Assembly (NCBI GenBank): GCA_951804945.1 | Contig: OX638152.1 | Location: 104,284,001-104,348,000, forward strand | Origin: Podarcis cretensis | Lineage: Eukaryota | Direction of reading: 5' to 3' | Length of the DNA stretch: 64,000 bases | Shown here: positions 50,878-63,510 of the stretch, one piece after another | How positions within the stretch are numbered: the stretch's first letter is position 1 | How the letters are laid out: each line of letters starts with the position of its first letter | Translations under genes and position numbers: made by a program | Notes under the pieces: model-generated | Told to the model about the DNA's origin: nothing | What the model saw: the letters and a program-made list of their open reading frames with translations, nothing else | Databases searched by the model: none

Positions 50878-51205
50878 GGGGACGCGAGTGGAGCTGTGGG
50901 GTAAACCACAGAGCCTAGAGCTTGCTGATCAGAGGGACTGAGCTCCTGTTGCTCAGTCCCTGCTCCTGCCCACCTAGCAGTTTGAAAGCATGTCAAAAGT
51001 GCAAGTAGATAAATAGGTACCACTCTGGCAGAAAGGTAAACAGCATTTCCGTGCGCTGCTCTGGCTCACCTGAAGCGGCTTAGTCATGCTGGCCACATGA
51101 CCTGGAAGCTGTATGCTGGCTCCCTCGGCCAATAAAGCAAGATGAGCGCCATAACCCCAGAGTCGGCCACGACTGGTCCTAATGGTCGGGGGTCCCTTTA
51201 CCTTT
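50878..51205 (+). mobile_element. Sauria SINE (second subfamily, internal deletion)
   Basis: gggacgcg head; gtgcaagtagataaataggtacc core; ACCTTT tail. Confidence 0.88.
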
Positions 51206-54200
51206 AAAGCATTTATAGAACCAACATTCTTTCTTGCAAGCACTGTGATTGGACACCGTTAGTTGAGATCCCAGGCCTGGACTGGAAGATGGGCCTCTCA
51301 ATTGGCCAACCCCAGATCCCTCCTCCCACCCTGGCATCTCCCTTATATGAGAGGGATACCTGTAACTGTTGTTGTTTTTAATCTGTTGTCTCCAAATAGC
51401 TTGGAGGTCCATTTCTGTCAGTATATGCCCAGCTAGCCTTAGTATTTGGGATATGGACAAAGTGGTTGCACAGCCCTTCTAGATGATAGAGGTGGTTTTA
51501 TGGTAGCTCACACAGTTTGGGCACACCAGGCGCTGTGCTGTCGGGGATGCCACAACAATGCTGTACAATGGAGTACAAGAGATGGGGAGGCGTCAATTTT
51601 TAGTGTTGCACAGGGTGCTGAAATTGGAGAGCCCAAAGTCTGCCTCTGCCAGATGGGCCTTTACCCTGATTCAGTAGGGCTCTTCTTATGACTACCAAGT
51701 TAATAAAAAGATAACCAGTGTGGCACCAGAAAATTGAGGAGAGACAAAATGCATTTATTGGTGTGTGAGCTATAGCCCATGTTAGATTTCTGAAAGAGAA
51801 ATAACAGCCTATTTCTCATTAACACTCCCATCCTAAACATATTTCCCCCCCTGAAGTCCTTTTGCCTTTGACAAAGCAAATTTAGGTGGTATAATTTTCT
51901 GTGCAGAAAGTATTAACCAACTGAATTGAAATTACAGCAAGGAAAGCAAACAAGGAGAAGAGCTTTCAAGCAAGCTACAGTCCCCACACAAAACATTTTC
52001 TTGATGTGCAAATTAGGCAGAGAGAACACTGGTGTATTTCTTTAGAAAACACAATTATCTGAACCAGGTGGAACCATGAACACAGGCTCTAAGAGCAAAC
52101 TGAAACAGACATAGGATGGCCAGTTATGAATTGCCGATAAAGGAGGACTTGCATCAGCAAAAAAAGACCAAAGCGACGCCAACGCATAAAATTTGCATGT
52201 GAGGATTCATATTTTTAGGTGTAAATTAAGGAATAATTGGTATAATTCAAAGAGAAATACAATATATCTCCCCATATATTGATGAGATACCAATTTCATA
52301 ATGCACTAGTGAACAATTTCTGCATTCTTTGGAGCTATTAGGATCTCCAGACCAAAGGCTGGAAGTATTTTGTCACTTAAACCGACCCCTCAGGCTGCGT
52401 AATAAAGCTGGGACCATCCAGCAATGATGGGTCACACCCACGGAGCCCTTACACCCAGACACAGTATTTTATACAAATGTGCACATATTACATGCATATT
52501 ACATATGAAAAGAAGAAAATAAAAAAGGTGTATCATTAAATTATTAACTTTTCCAGGTTCTTTTTTTTATGCAGCTTGCAAATGTTCTTTCTTATGGGTG
52601 AAACTGGGCAACCATATTACCATAAACTGATTTACTATTTTGCAGGATCTAAATCCTTGAAAACAGGATTTGGCCCATGGGTCATATCTAGTTTGCCATC
52701 TCCACCACAATACAGGAAAAATACAGGAAAAATGATCAGCCGAAGAGAAAACAGTGATGGTCTGATCTTGTTAGTTCTGAACTATCACAGTGCCAATCAA
52801 GGAAGGCTGCATCAAATTAATGTCACCAAAGGGTGAGAATAAATTAATTACCTTACTCATAGCAGTTTGGTATTAATTCATAGAACTTTCTGTCTTCCTA
52901 TCATCATCTAATTGCCAAATGGCAGTAACCTTTCTAAAAATTAGGTTCCCATTAAATCCTTTTAAGTAAAGCTAATTTGGCGCTCTCTCCTAGGTTTGTG
53001 CTCTTAGCTTCTGAATGTTTGCAGAGCATATTTGGATACTCTTAACAGCTCCAGAGGTACATTGTACTCATTCTCAGTGAGGAAAATGTTATAATTTGAA
53101 TGTGCCCCAAGGAACAATGGTTTGTTATGATGAGTTATTTGAAAAATGCAGTAAAGATAATACCAGTGCAATGTACATCTTAGCTCACTGGGGGTGGGTA
53201 TCCCCTCACATTTCTAAGAGTGAATTTTCCATCTTTACAAATAAATCTAAAATAGTGTTCTGAAGTGGAAATCCTGTAGGTAAATTTGAAACTATTTTAA
53301 TTTCCTTGCTGTTTCCTAAATGCAGACCTACGTATTGTGTAGACTGAAGTGGCAACAGTCTGGACTGTATCACTTCAGGTGTGCAGGTGTAGCATTTTTT
53401 CATATGCTCAATATCCTCTTTTCCCACCACACTCTTCCTCCCCTCAGACCTTCTTGTCTCCCATTATAAAAAGCTTGGGACTTGATTGCATGCTTTTGGC
53501 AAGATAACCTCTAATTTGGCCCATACTGAGGGGGCCTTAGGCAAGTCACTATCTCTCAGCCTCAGCTTTCCACTTCTAATGTAGGATATGCTGGCCTACT
53601 GTTGGGGCTTGCTTTTTTAATCATTACTGCAGGGATATTAGTGAGGAGCATTAAGTTAGGAACATCCGTAATAACAATTTATTGCCATTGTGATAGGCTA
53701 GGTCCTTACCAAAGGTTGACCTCCCAGTTGTGTGCTTTCATCGAAGAAGAAGCAAAGAGGGTAAAATGGACAGATTAAGGTCACCAGCCTGTCACTTGTC
53801 AAAATTTCAGCTGAAGTAACCAAGATATGGAGACAATAAAATGGAGAAGCTGGTGACAAAGTATAATGCCAAGCAGCAGGGCTCTGTCTGTAGCTACTCA
53901 CAAATGAATAGGTGTCCAGTTCACTAATGCATGCCAGTGTACAATTAAATCTCAACAGGCATTCATCAGATAAAAACCACCACCTTCTCTGTTTTGTGTT
54001 AGAGTTTCCCCCAACAGATTGCACATCTACATCAGAGCCCAAAGCCACCTTTAAATTAACCTAGTCCCATGTCACACAGACAAACCAAAATAATTCCTTC
54101 AAGCAGTGAAGAAAACTCAGTGTTGATGTAAAATATAGGCTCTCTCTCTTGGGAACTCATTATCTTTTAAGGGTGCTGCCTTGGAAATCAGAGTTTTGTA

Positions 54201-54497
54201 GGTGAGTAGCCTCACAAACCTAAGCCACTTCTGCAGCATCAATAGAAAGGTTCCATGCAGGTCTGTCTTTCAAGGATATCATCAAAATTCCTCAGTATTA
54301 ATATATGTTTTGAAAAAGTATGAAGCAAAATCTGCATAGGAAAGAACCTAGGTCATTTGGGCACTGGAAAATCAAAACAGCAGGTATTCAAATGCCTCAG
54401 AAGCCCAACATTTGGGCCCTAATTTTAGTGGATAGCAACTCTCCCTAACTCCCTGGCTTTAAGATAATGTGATGATTCTTCAGGTTTGCAATCTATA

Positions 54498-54686
54498 CAG
54501 TGGTACCTTGGGTTAAGAACTTAATTCATTCTGATGGTCCGTTCTTAACCTGAGGTACCACATTAGCTAATTGCCACCACGCCACAATTTCTGTTCTCAT
54601 CCTGAAGCATAGTTCTTAACCTGAGGTACTATTTCTGGGTTAGCGAAGTCTGTAAGTTGAAGCGTCTGTAACCCGTGGTACCACTG
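54498..54686 (-). mobile_element. Tc1/mariner MITE
   Basis: CAGTGGTACC...GGTACCACTG; TA TSD; opposite orientation to 19664. Confidence 0.87.
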
Positions 54687-55679
54687 TAATTCTTACCAAC
54701 TTTCTCATTTTACACCAGCCCTATGAATGAACCTACAAAAGCTACCAACTTACAAAAACAAAATTAGCCTATTTATGGGCAGAACAAAACTGTTGATGCA
54801 TAATTGTTTCATTTGATTCTTTGGGATTAAATCTTGCACAGCTGTGAGTAGACACCACCAGCCCAATCACTGCCATGCCAAGCACCAGAGGGAAGGAGGC
54901 AGAGCAGGCAACCTGCCCCGATTGTGGCAGCCTGTGTAAAAAAGAGTCTTCCTTGCTGGCATACAATTCCTCGTCACCTATGACTGCCAGGTGAATGCCC
55001 AGTGGAAGGCTGTTCTAAACAACAAACAATTAAATGTGCCTAAGAACTACCTGTACATGCTGAATCTATGTCTAAAAAGCAATGCAGAGACAGAGGACAA
55101 AGAAATGTGATTCTGCTGCTTGTGCTGAAAACACTGTGCAGTTATTATGAAGCAATTCTAACAAATTTAAAATACACTTTGATATTTGAGTGTTATTTGT
55201 AATAGTCCTACAAACTTTGTGCCTCTGTTTTGCATTTTCCAAAGTAATGCCTAAAACCAACTTCCATGCTAGGCTGGAATGGTGAACATTTCTTTCAAAT
55301 GGACCAGTAGAATTTTAACCTTTCTTTCATGACATAACTAGACATTAAAAAGGAAAGCAGAAAAATGACATATTCTTAAGGATGGACAGATCCATCTATT
55401 TCTGCTCCAGAATAGTTTTTCCTCCTTAAGTCTGTTCTGTTTCATTTCTCCATCAATCTGCAATTTTAAAAAGCATGAAAACTTGCATTTTATGTGCAGT
55501 TGACTAGGTTTTTAAATCAGAACCATACTGCAAAATTTGGAGAAGTGTGAAAACTGAAGGATAGCTGCATTCTAATCTGCTATTTATGTGGATCAGGAAT
55601 GAATCACTCACCTTTCTGCACATATTTAGACATTGGTTCAGTTGGGATAAGTGTTAAGGGGTATTAAGCCATGGGAAAA

Positions 55680-56044
55680 GGTACGCGGGTGGCTCTGTGG
55701 TCTAAACCACAGAACCTAGGGCTTGCTGATCAGAAGGTTGGCGGTTGGAAACCCTGTGACAGGGTGAACTCCCATTGCTCGGTCCCTGCTCCTGCCAACC
55801 TAGCAGTTCAAAAGCACCTCAAAGTGCAAGTAAATAAATAGGTACCGCTCTGGCGGGAAGGTAAACAGCATTTCTGTGTGCTGCTCTGGTTTGCCAGAAG
55901 CGGCTTAGTCATGCTGGCCACATGACCCAGAAGCTGTCTGCGGACAAACGCCGGCTCCCTCGGCCAGTAAAGCGAGATGCACGCCGCAACCCCAGTGTCG
56001 TCCACAACTGGACTTAACGGTCAGGGGTCCTTTACCTTTACCTT
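55680..56044 (+). mobile_element. Sauria SINE, full length (second subfamily)
   Basis: tRNA-derived head; (ACCTTT)n tail; TSD TAAGCCATGG(G/A)AAAA at 55665-55679 and 56045-56059. Confidence 0.92.
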
Positions 56045-58052
56045 TAAGCCATGGAAAAAATGGGTTTTGTGCTTAAGGGATGAGAGAGGTGGTTTGTTGT
56101 AAGTGTTCAAGTAGAATGTTCCAGCACAAATAAATCAGATTGGACATTTCTAGAGGTGGGCACAAGAAACCCACATGCACAAATGGAAACTGCAGAATGC
56201 AGGCCATGAAGGGGCACATAAGAGCCCATTGAATCTGGGTACGTAGCTTTACATCAGTGTTTAGAAGGTGGACAATATGGTCCTTTCCTATCACTGCTCT
56301 CAACGAATGGCCATTGACTTCAGTTTTACTGATATCAAGCCTCACTTTCATTTTATATGGAGTTGCAAGCTGGGTATTATCCATATGCCCTTCAGATGCT
56401 GCTCATGCAACACCTCTGTTGTATAACTCCTTGTTTTTACTCTTAGCTGTAGGGGGATAGGTTCTTCATTGTTTCCTCAGTTTTGCTCTTGAGTTACTCT
56501 CTCATGCTCTTCTGGGAATCTGAGCCACAAAGCTCCAGCGTGGGACATTGGGCAAAGTTATTTAGCAGGAGCCTTTATGGACAGCTAAGGAAAAAAGGTC
56601 AAGCTGAAAGAGTGGGGGTCACAAGCAGGGATATAAAGAGAGGTAAGGGTGGGAAGATAGCATGAGATGTCCCAAGAAAAGTAATCATGTGAAACATTAT
56701 GGGCAAAAGTCACATTTTGTCAGAAATGAATGTAAGAAACAGGGCTAAAATTACTCTCAGATTGAAACCAGAGAATACTTGTGTCCTAGCTCACACACAA
56801 GGCTGACCCTGAGTCCCTACACGAAGCATGCTTATATCAGTCAGCACTTTAGGGCTGTGAGCTGGTCAGCTCTTGCTGACTCAGAGTGATGTCCCAAACA
56901 CCCTCACTTTTATATTGTTCAAAATCTAATTCAATATTCAGATGCTACCGGTTGCTGCTACTTCCAAAGTAATCTCCCTGCTGTAATAAATGGCTGAGCT
57001 TCAAGGGATTGAAATCCTGATCAGAATTCAGCAGCTCAAGCCCCATCTGTTGTTGCAAGTTGCATTAATAAATGGAGGAAAATATCAGGCAATTTTTGCA
57101 AGATGCCTGGAACAAAATACATTAGTCCCACACTATAAACTGTATACATAAGAAACAGGTGGTGTCCTAATGGAACTGTCTATATACACTTCCTCCCCTA
57201 CCTCTAACTTTTGTGAAAAGCACACTGACAGCTTGGCTGTGATTTCTTTGATATAGCTTTAAAGTGGCACGTTGTTTAAATGCACATTAGCATGGGAACA
57301 CACAATGGTAAAACTGATTTGGTTTGGAGGTGTGTTTTTTTCCTTGTCGCTGACGGTGCAGAACCTGCTCCTGCTCATCATTCTTATTTAATCTGGCCCA
57401 GTGATGAAACAGACTGTTGGGGCAAGCTTGGCAGTTGAAGGATCCAGATGCTAAGCTCCAGGATTAATTTCTCTAGCAGGGGCATCTGGGAATCTGCTTC
57501 TCTCCCCTGGCTTGGATGGCAGACTGGATTAACCCCTAGCTATCCAAAAAGGCTCATTTCTCTGTCAAGTTAGGAGCTCCAGCTAAACGGTCAGGTAAAG
57601 GCTGCCAGACTGACATTTTCTAAATGGAAGAACTTATATTTAACTTGGATGGTTTTAATTTTCCCAGGCTTGGGAGGTCAGCTGCTGCAGAAGAATCATC
57701 TGCTTCTGCTTTTCTTTTTTGGCACCAGGTGAATGGTGTGACACAAGAAGTTTGTTAACAGCAAAACAAGACCCATAATGTCTGAAGGAGGAAAAAAATG
57801 CTGTTAGCTGCATCTGCCTATCTATCTATATATTCCTAGTGATATTTTGAATTATAAAAGCAGAGATGTGAGTATGTATAGCATTTTTATAAATGTGTGA
57901 GAGGAAGATCACAAAACTAAGAAACCACATCCATAGTGCATACTTGTCTTTCTGAAAAGACTGTATAGGGTGACCATGTTATTTTTAAACATTTGTATAT
58001 TTCTCTGCCCATTGTTTTCTGAATCTGTTTGGTAAGTTTCTTCAAATAAACA

Positions 58053-58310
58053 AACATTTATTTATATCCCTCCTTTCTCCCAGAATTTGGACTCAAGGCA
58101 GGCCACAAAAATTAAAACAGCTAGCTGAAACATATAAAATATAATAGTTAAAATAATTAAACTATAGGAGAATTAAAATGTTGTCAAAACATCTATTAAA
58201 ATGCAGAGAGTAAAAACAGCACAGAGCTATTCAAAGCCCTTTCCTTAAAAGCAGTCACTTCCTGAAAGCCTGCAGAAATGAAACAGTTTTGACCTGACCA
58301 TGGAAGGACA
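58053..58310 (-). mobile_element. L2 3' end
   Basis: tttatttatatccctcctttctcc...ctcaaggcagg start; A-rich UTR complement; aaagcctg...aacagttttgacctg. Confidence 0.65.
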
Positions 58311-58383
58311 ACAACAAAAAAGGCACTTATGAGGTGTTCAGAAAGCTACTTCTTTCTTCCTCTAACCCTTTAGATGTCTGAAG

Positions 58384-58592
58384 TTGCTTGAAGCAGTTCT
58401 GTGGCTGCATGACAAAAAAAGAGAAATCCCTTTAAAAATGCTTCGAGGAAGTGACTGTACATCATAACATGCAGTCCCTTCCTGGGGAACTATACAGGAA
58501 AAAAATGGCTGCCCTGTCAGGTACAGTCGCATCCTAGAAGCATTTTTAAATGGATTTTTTTAAGGGTGTAGTCACAGAGCTGCTCCAAGCAA
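58384..58592. mobile_element. Long imperfect inverted repeat, probably a MITE
   Basis: ttgcttgaagcagttctgtggctgca..aaatccctttaaaaatgcttcgaggaagtgactgtac pairs with gtacagtcgcatcctagaagcatttttaaatggattt..tgtagtcacagagctgctccaagcaa. Confidence 0.65.
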
Positions 58593-59488
58593 TCTAAAAC
58601 AAAGGCAAAAGGAGCGAAGAGGCAGCCCTCATATCACCTCCTAAATACAGTATGGATTCATGCACAGTTTGGTCTATTGATTATGTGGCTTAATCCTCAT
58701 ATCAACAATTTGGTTCTATGTATGGGCCTGAAGGGAGCAAAATGTGGAGCAAACCATTATCCTCCCCAGCCCTTCTACCTGCTGCCCCTGATAGTCGAGG
58801 GAAGGAGCGGCTAAGAGTTGGGAGTGATTTCTTTACTCCCTGTCTTCTCCATGACTCTTCAGTCCAGTCAGCTGTGGGGTATTAAAAAGAAAGGGCATGC
58901 ACATTATTAAAGAGCCTGGGCTCAACTTTTTGCTCCTGGAGGTGCCCCTTTGATCCCTGGGCCACTGTAGATGGCTGTTTCCCAATATTTGGTGAAAGAG
59001 TATCGTGGGTGGTGGGTGCTGGCTGCATTGGGCCAAACCAGTGCATTGTGCCAGAGTTTCTGAGGAGAAACCTATAAATACACACTCCAAGGCTCAAACC
59101 CCATGAGGACAGGATTTGGAGCCTGAAGGCTGCCTGAGGATGGGAGGGATGGCTAGGACTGTGAGTAAACATGCAAAGGAGTGCATTGCGTAGATCTGAG
59201 ATTAGAAGAGATTGCCAGTTGTCTTTTAGGTATTTTTCCAAATGCTGCTTTGTGCAAATGTTTGCATGGCACTCATAGGTATTCATAATTTCAGTAGCAC
59301 TAAAATTCAGGATCTCCCAGCGAAACATGAAAGGGAGCAGTATGTTCAGGGCTACTTCACGTAGCACATTATGTGCTGTTCACCATTCGCTTGCACACCC
59401 TTTAAAAGGTGATTAGACAAAGCAGGGTTTGAGACCCAATGCTTTTTTCTGTTGCTAATCTCCACAACTTCAACATATACAGAGGTAG

Positions 59489-59850
59489 TGTAGCACCCTG
59501 CTTGTGGTTAACGCTTAGCTGGAATGAAATATTCAACGCAGCAATAGAGAAATTAAAATAGTAATTTATTTGTCAGACAAATAAATATGAGGCACAGTGG
59601 TATATGGTTACCAAGCTCTGGCCTGGCCTCTTGCCATTCTGGCCAGCACTTATATTTCCTTAATCCAGCCCCCTTGCTCCTCCTGTGGCTGCCTCTGTCC
59701 AATCAGCCTGGTTGAAATTCCTATTGGCTGTTTGCTAGAGCCAATCACAAAAGATACACCCATTTCCTTCTTGCCCTTTTATGGAAATCAAAAAGCTATA
59801 TATTCTTCTATCTATAAATGACAAATAAGTAGTAATATATCTTACATGTG
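59489..59850 (-). mobile_element. Possible old solo LTR
   Basis: TTTATT, then CTTATAT, then three CCAAT/ATTGG boxes in LTR-like order; no TSD found. Confidence 0.35.
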
Positions 59851-61275
59851 TCTCAACAAGGAATCTTAATTACCAGCTCACCTCTTGCCCTCCTTGCCCT
59901 ATTGCCTTCCAAAACAGATAATTAATCTTGAATTTTTATCTTATGCATGTCAAGGATTGAGTTCACATCAACATTGAGAGATCTCCTTCATTTGAAGGTT
60001 TCTAAACAAAAGGCCTGACAACCATATATCAGGAGCGCTCGATTGGCGTCTTCTGTCTGGCAAGGGGGGGGGGCTGATGGCTGATGGCCCTTGTGATCTC
60101 TTCCAACTATATGAAATAAGAATCTAGCATTTCTTAAATCCTTTGCATAATTATATTTAAACTAATATATTTAATACATAAATAACCTTTTAAAAGGAAA
60201 AGAAATCTTAAAAGGATCTTAGTTTAAGAAACAAACAGCTTTAGAAAAGATTTCCCAGAAAATGTTCTGTTTCTGCCAGCTAGATGCTTTTTCACTGCTC
60301 TTGACCTTCTTAACCTTAGGAAGAAGATATGGCTCATTTTACTATTTATCCACCCTTAATTTGTAGGGTCAGTGTAACCTTGGCTGTCAGCCTGTAATTC
60401 CGTTTTTACGACTTTGAGAATTGTTTTCTGCTATAAATCAGGGGGGCCCCTTGTCTAGGAGTAAAACATCTTGTCAAGGTTTTTAGGCAACTGGTCTTCT
60501 AAGACTGGTCTTTTAAGATACAGGCCCTGATTAAACATATAAGCTTTAATAAAAATGCAGGCTTATGATTAGATGCCTCAGTAGACTTCCTCTGAACCTG
60601 GAGGTGTCAGAAACCAATCTCGGCTTGATGGCCACCTTTCCATCTCCAGCTTCGGAAGCTGTCTGCCTCTAAATATGATGAAAGGGGAGAGACAAAACAA
60701 CAGGAAAAGGCTGTTGGCCTCAATCCCTGCTTATGAGCTTCCTCCTGGATCTGACTGTCATTGTGGAAAGCAGGGTGCTGGGCAAGATGGACCCAGTTCA
60801 GTTACTCTTAGATGCACAGGAGCTCCTCCCACCATTTTTTAAAAACTGGTTGTTTATTTCTGGTTTCTTGACTCCAGCTTTTTACTAACATTCCTCATTG
60901 CTTCAAGAACCTATGCAAACTCCACTTTGCTGAAGTAGCATTTTTTAAATTTTGCATATGATAAAGTGGTTTTACCCCACTCTTCAACCAGAAAAGGCTT
61001 GCAGAGTAGCTTATAAAGATTAGTAAGAAGACAAATCATGTGAGGAAGTGAAGAAATTTTGGAACCTGATTTATAATGAATTAAAAAAAATATTTAAGTA
61101 CACATTCCTCAAAAAGCCAGAGGCTTTTCTATTAGGAATTATTGGAGAAGAAATTAAGAAAGAAGATAGAATTTTATTCCAATATTCGACAGCAGCAGCC
61201 AGAATATTAATCGCACAAAACTGGAAAAGCGCAAAATTACCAACGGTGAGGGATTGGCAGTCAAAACTATTTGAA

Positions 61276-61481
61276 ACAAAAAAAATTCCTTCCAGTAGCA
61301 CCTTAAAGGCCAACTAAGTTAGTTCTTGGTATGAGCTTTCGTGTGCATGTGTATCTGAAGAAGTGTGCATGCACACGAAAGCTCATACCAAGAACTAACT
61401 TAGTTGGTCTTTAAGGTGCTACTGGAAGGAATTTTTTTTGTTTTGACTATGGCAGACCAACACGGCTACCTATCTGTAACT
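61276..61481. mobile_element. Mini Penelope-like fold-back insertion with intact hammerhead
   Basis: 13-bp TSD AAAACTATTTGAA (61263-61275, 61482-61494); arm 61276-61349 is the reverse complement of about 61368-61441; ends in the terminal tail ...CACGGCTACCTATCTGTAACT. Confidence 0.92.
61351..61388 (+). ncRNA. Minimal hammerhead ribozyme motif
   Basis: GTATCTGAAGAAGTGTGCATGCACACGAAAGCTCATAC, identical to 4276-4313. Confidence 0.85.
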
Positions 61482-62243
61482 AAAACTATTTGAATTTGTT
61501 GAATTGGCAAGTATGACGCAAAGAGTCAGAAATCAAAAAAATACAAAGTTTATTGGAGATTGGAATAAATTTATGGTCTATATTGATGGAAACTATAGAA
61601 ACTTACCAACTATAGTAGGTATGTTATAAAACATGATGTATAAACTAGTAACCAATACCAGCTGCAGAAAGTGAAGCCTTTAATCTAAGAAACCCGAAAC
61701 CAGAAGGGAAGGAAGTCAGTATGTGTACCTGTGTATCTGAAATGTATACTGTAATGTAAATGTTCAATGTTTTTCCTTTTTTTTTTCTTTTCTGCCCTTT
61801 ATTAATTTTTTTTTCGTGTTTTATGTGTAAGTGTACTTTTCTTTTTTTAACTCACTTTTTTCACGTTTATGTAGAGGTCTATGTTTATGTTATGTACGTG
61901 GCAAATGAAAATTAATAAAAATATTTATATATATAAAAAAAGAAGACAAATCATCATCATAAAAACGGGCATCATGTTAGGGGGGGGCGCAGAACTGAGT
62001 TATCTGTGACATAATTGGTTAGTTAGTTAAGTATTTGTATTATTTGCTTGATTTAGGGGGGGGGTGTGCTCCCCTGCCCCCCCACTACACTCATGCATAA
62101 GGCTGGCATGAACTAGCACAACAACTTCGCTTCCTCCCCCTCTCTTCTGTCTGCGCATGGGGGGGGGGGAGTTGAGAGGAGAGGGCAGGAAGTTACAATG
62201 TGCAGCTAAACATCATTGCACTAACGCAACTGTTTAAATGAAT

Positions 62244-62900
62244 ACAGGTAACTTGCATCTTAGGTGGGGGTTATCTTCCTGGCCATCACAGGTTTAAGCA
62301 AAATCGAGTAAAGCCAGAATGACCCCTAGAAAACTATTTAAAAGCCATTTAAAAAATTGCTGCACTTACTGGTGAGGGACAAATGTTGCTCTTAGTCTTC
62401 TTAGCCTTCTGCCTCCTTTTCCCTTCTGAATGATGTTGCAGATGATATGAGGACCAGGGGAATTGACCAGTAGCCAGAAGCAATGCTTGGCTGTGGTTCA
62501 GATCCAGAGGTGGGTTGCCTATGCACATCTGCTGCTGGTGGTTTCTTTGTGACGAACCTGGTGATTGGCAGCTGCTGCTGTTGTCTCTTGAAGTCATCAA
62601 ACATTTGCTTGTACAGCCTCAGAGTATCTGTAATCTCATGGATGATCTTGAGACTGCATTTCATGGGGGAGGGAGGGGTGTCAAACTCTGCAATCAGATC
62701 ATTTGTGTACTTTAGGACTTGGAAGAGTCAAGAAGATTTCTGCAGGTTTCAGCTGGCTGGTTCATGCTCGCCATCCTCAACCTCATCCTCACATTCAGAA
62801 TTTGATGTGACCAGTTCTGTCAGCCAGGGGTGTAGCATTATTGGTCAGTTCCTTCCCTGCAGTCCCCCCAAGTGCACCCTTGAAATCTGCTCCAGAGGGT
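62244..62900 (-). mobile_element. Tigger/pogo-like DNA transposon remnant (transposase C-terminus and one TIR)
   Basis: TA|CAGGTAAC terminus; minus frames give acidic EDEVEDGEHEPASxNLQK, then MKCSLKIIHEITDTLRLYKQMFDDFKRQQQQLPITRF, resembling Tigger transposase C-termini; right boundary uncertain. Confidence 0.65.
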
Positions 62901-63377
62901 TGTGTACCCTCTGAAGAAAATTGGAGGGAGCACATGACAAATAGAGGAAATGGAAGTGTTGCTGCACTGAAGGAACTCTGTTGGCACAGCTGGGGCGGTA
63001 GGTCCTGCTTTGCCATTTGAGGCAAAATGGGAAGTGCTGCTTTACCCTGCTCCCGCCACCACCCACCTGATCCTGCTGCCACCTGTTCTGCCACCGCAGC
63101 ACACCCCTCAGCATCCACCACTGGTAGAGAAGCAGCACAGCCATTGGTACTGATTTTGGGGGAGATTTTGCCAATTACAGGTGAGATCTTGTCCAATAGT
63201 GGCACTGATGGTGGCCACACTTCTCTGGAGGTGGCCAGACACTGTGGGCATGGTGCCTGGGCAGTGGCTTTGCCTGCCTTGTTGGCATAGTCCTTGCAGT
63301 CTGGGCCCTAGTGCAGTTGCTCCCACTGTACCATTTATAAGTCAGCCATGTTCAAACCACAGTGCTTGTTATCTTAG

Positions 63378-63510
63378 TTAACCTTACAACAACCCCCATA
63401 AGGTAGACTGATGTTGTCATCCCTATATTGCAGATGGGGAACTAAGACTGTGAGTTAGTGCTTGCCTAAGGCCTCCTGGTAAAATTGTGCCAGAGATGAG
63501 ATTTGAAGTA
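63378..63510 (-). mobile_element. MIR-like SINE
   Basis: ccttacaacaaccccc.taaggtag...atccctatattgcagatggggaactaagact...cttgcctaagg. Confidence 0.75.

Larger units (their letters stand above)
61040..61939 (+). mobile_element. L1-clade LINE, 5'-truncated, interrupted by a mini-PLE
   Basis: 15-bp TSD AAGAAGACAAATCAT (61025-61039, 61940-61954); ORF2 end KKFWNLIYNELKKIF...AARILIAQNWK..LPT..DWQSKLFE resumes after the insert as FVELASMT...DWNKF...GML* (stop 61627-61629); AATAAA and A tail. Confidence 0.9.

Noticed and set aside
54860-55000. CPDCGSLCKKESSLL, resembling half a C2H2 zinc finger
   Set aside because: His ligands are missing and a stop follows; could be an RTE-terminus relic, but not supportable
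61411-61455. Intron-like AAG|GTGC...TTTTGTTTTGACTATGGCAG in the PLE terminus
   Set aside because: About 40-45 nt is below the usual vertebrate intron size and the donor is weak; the acceptor or the ATG might be real but cannot be shown here
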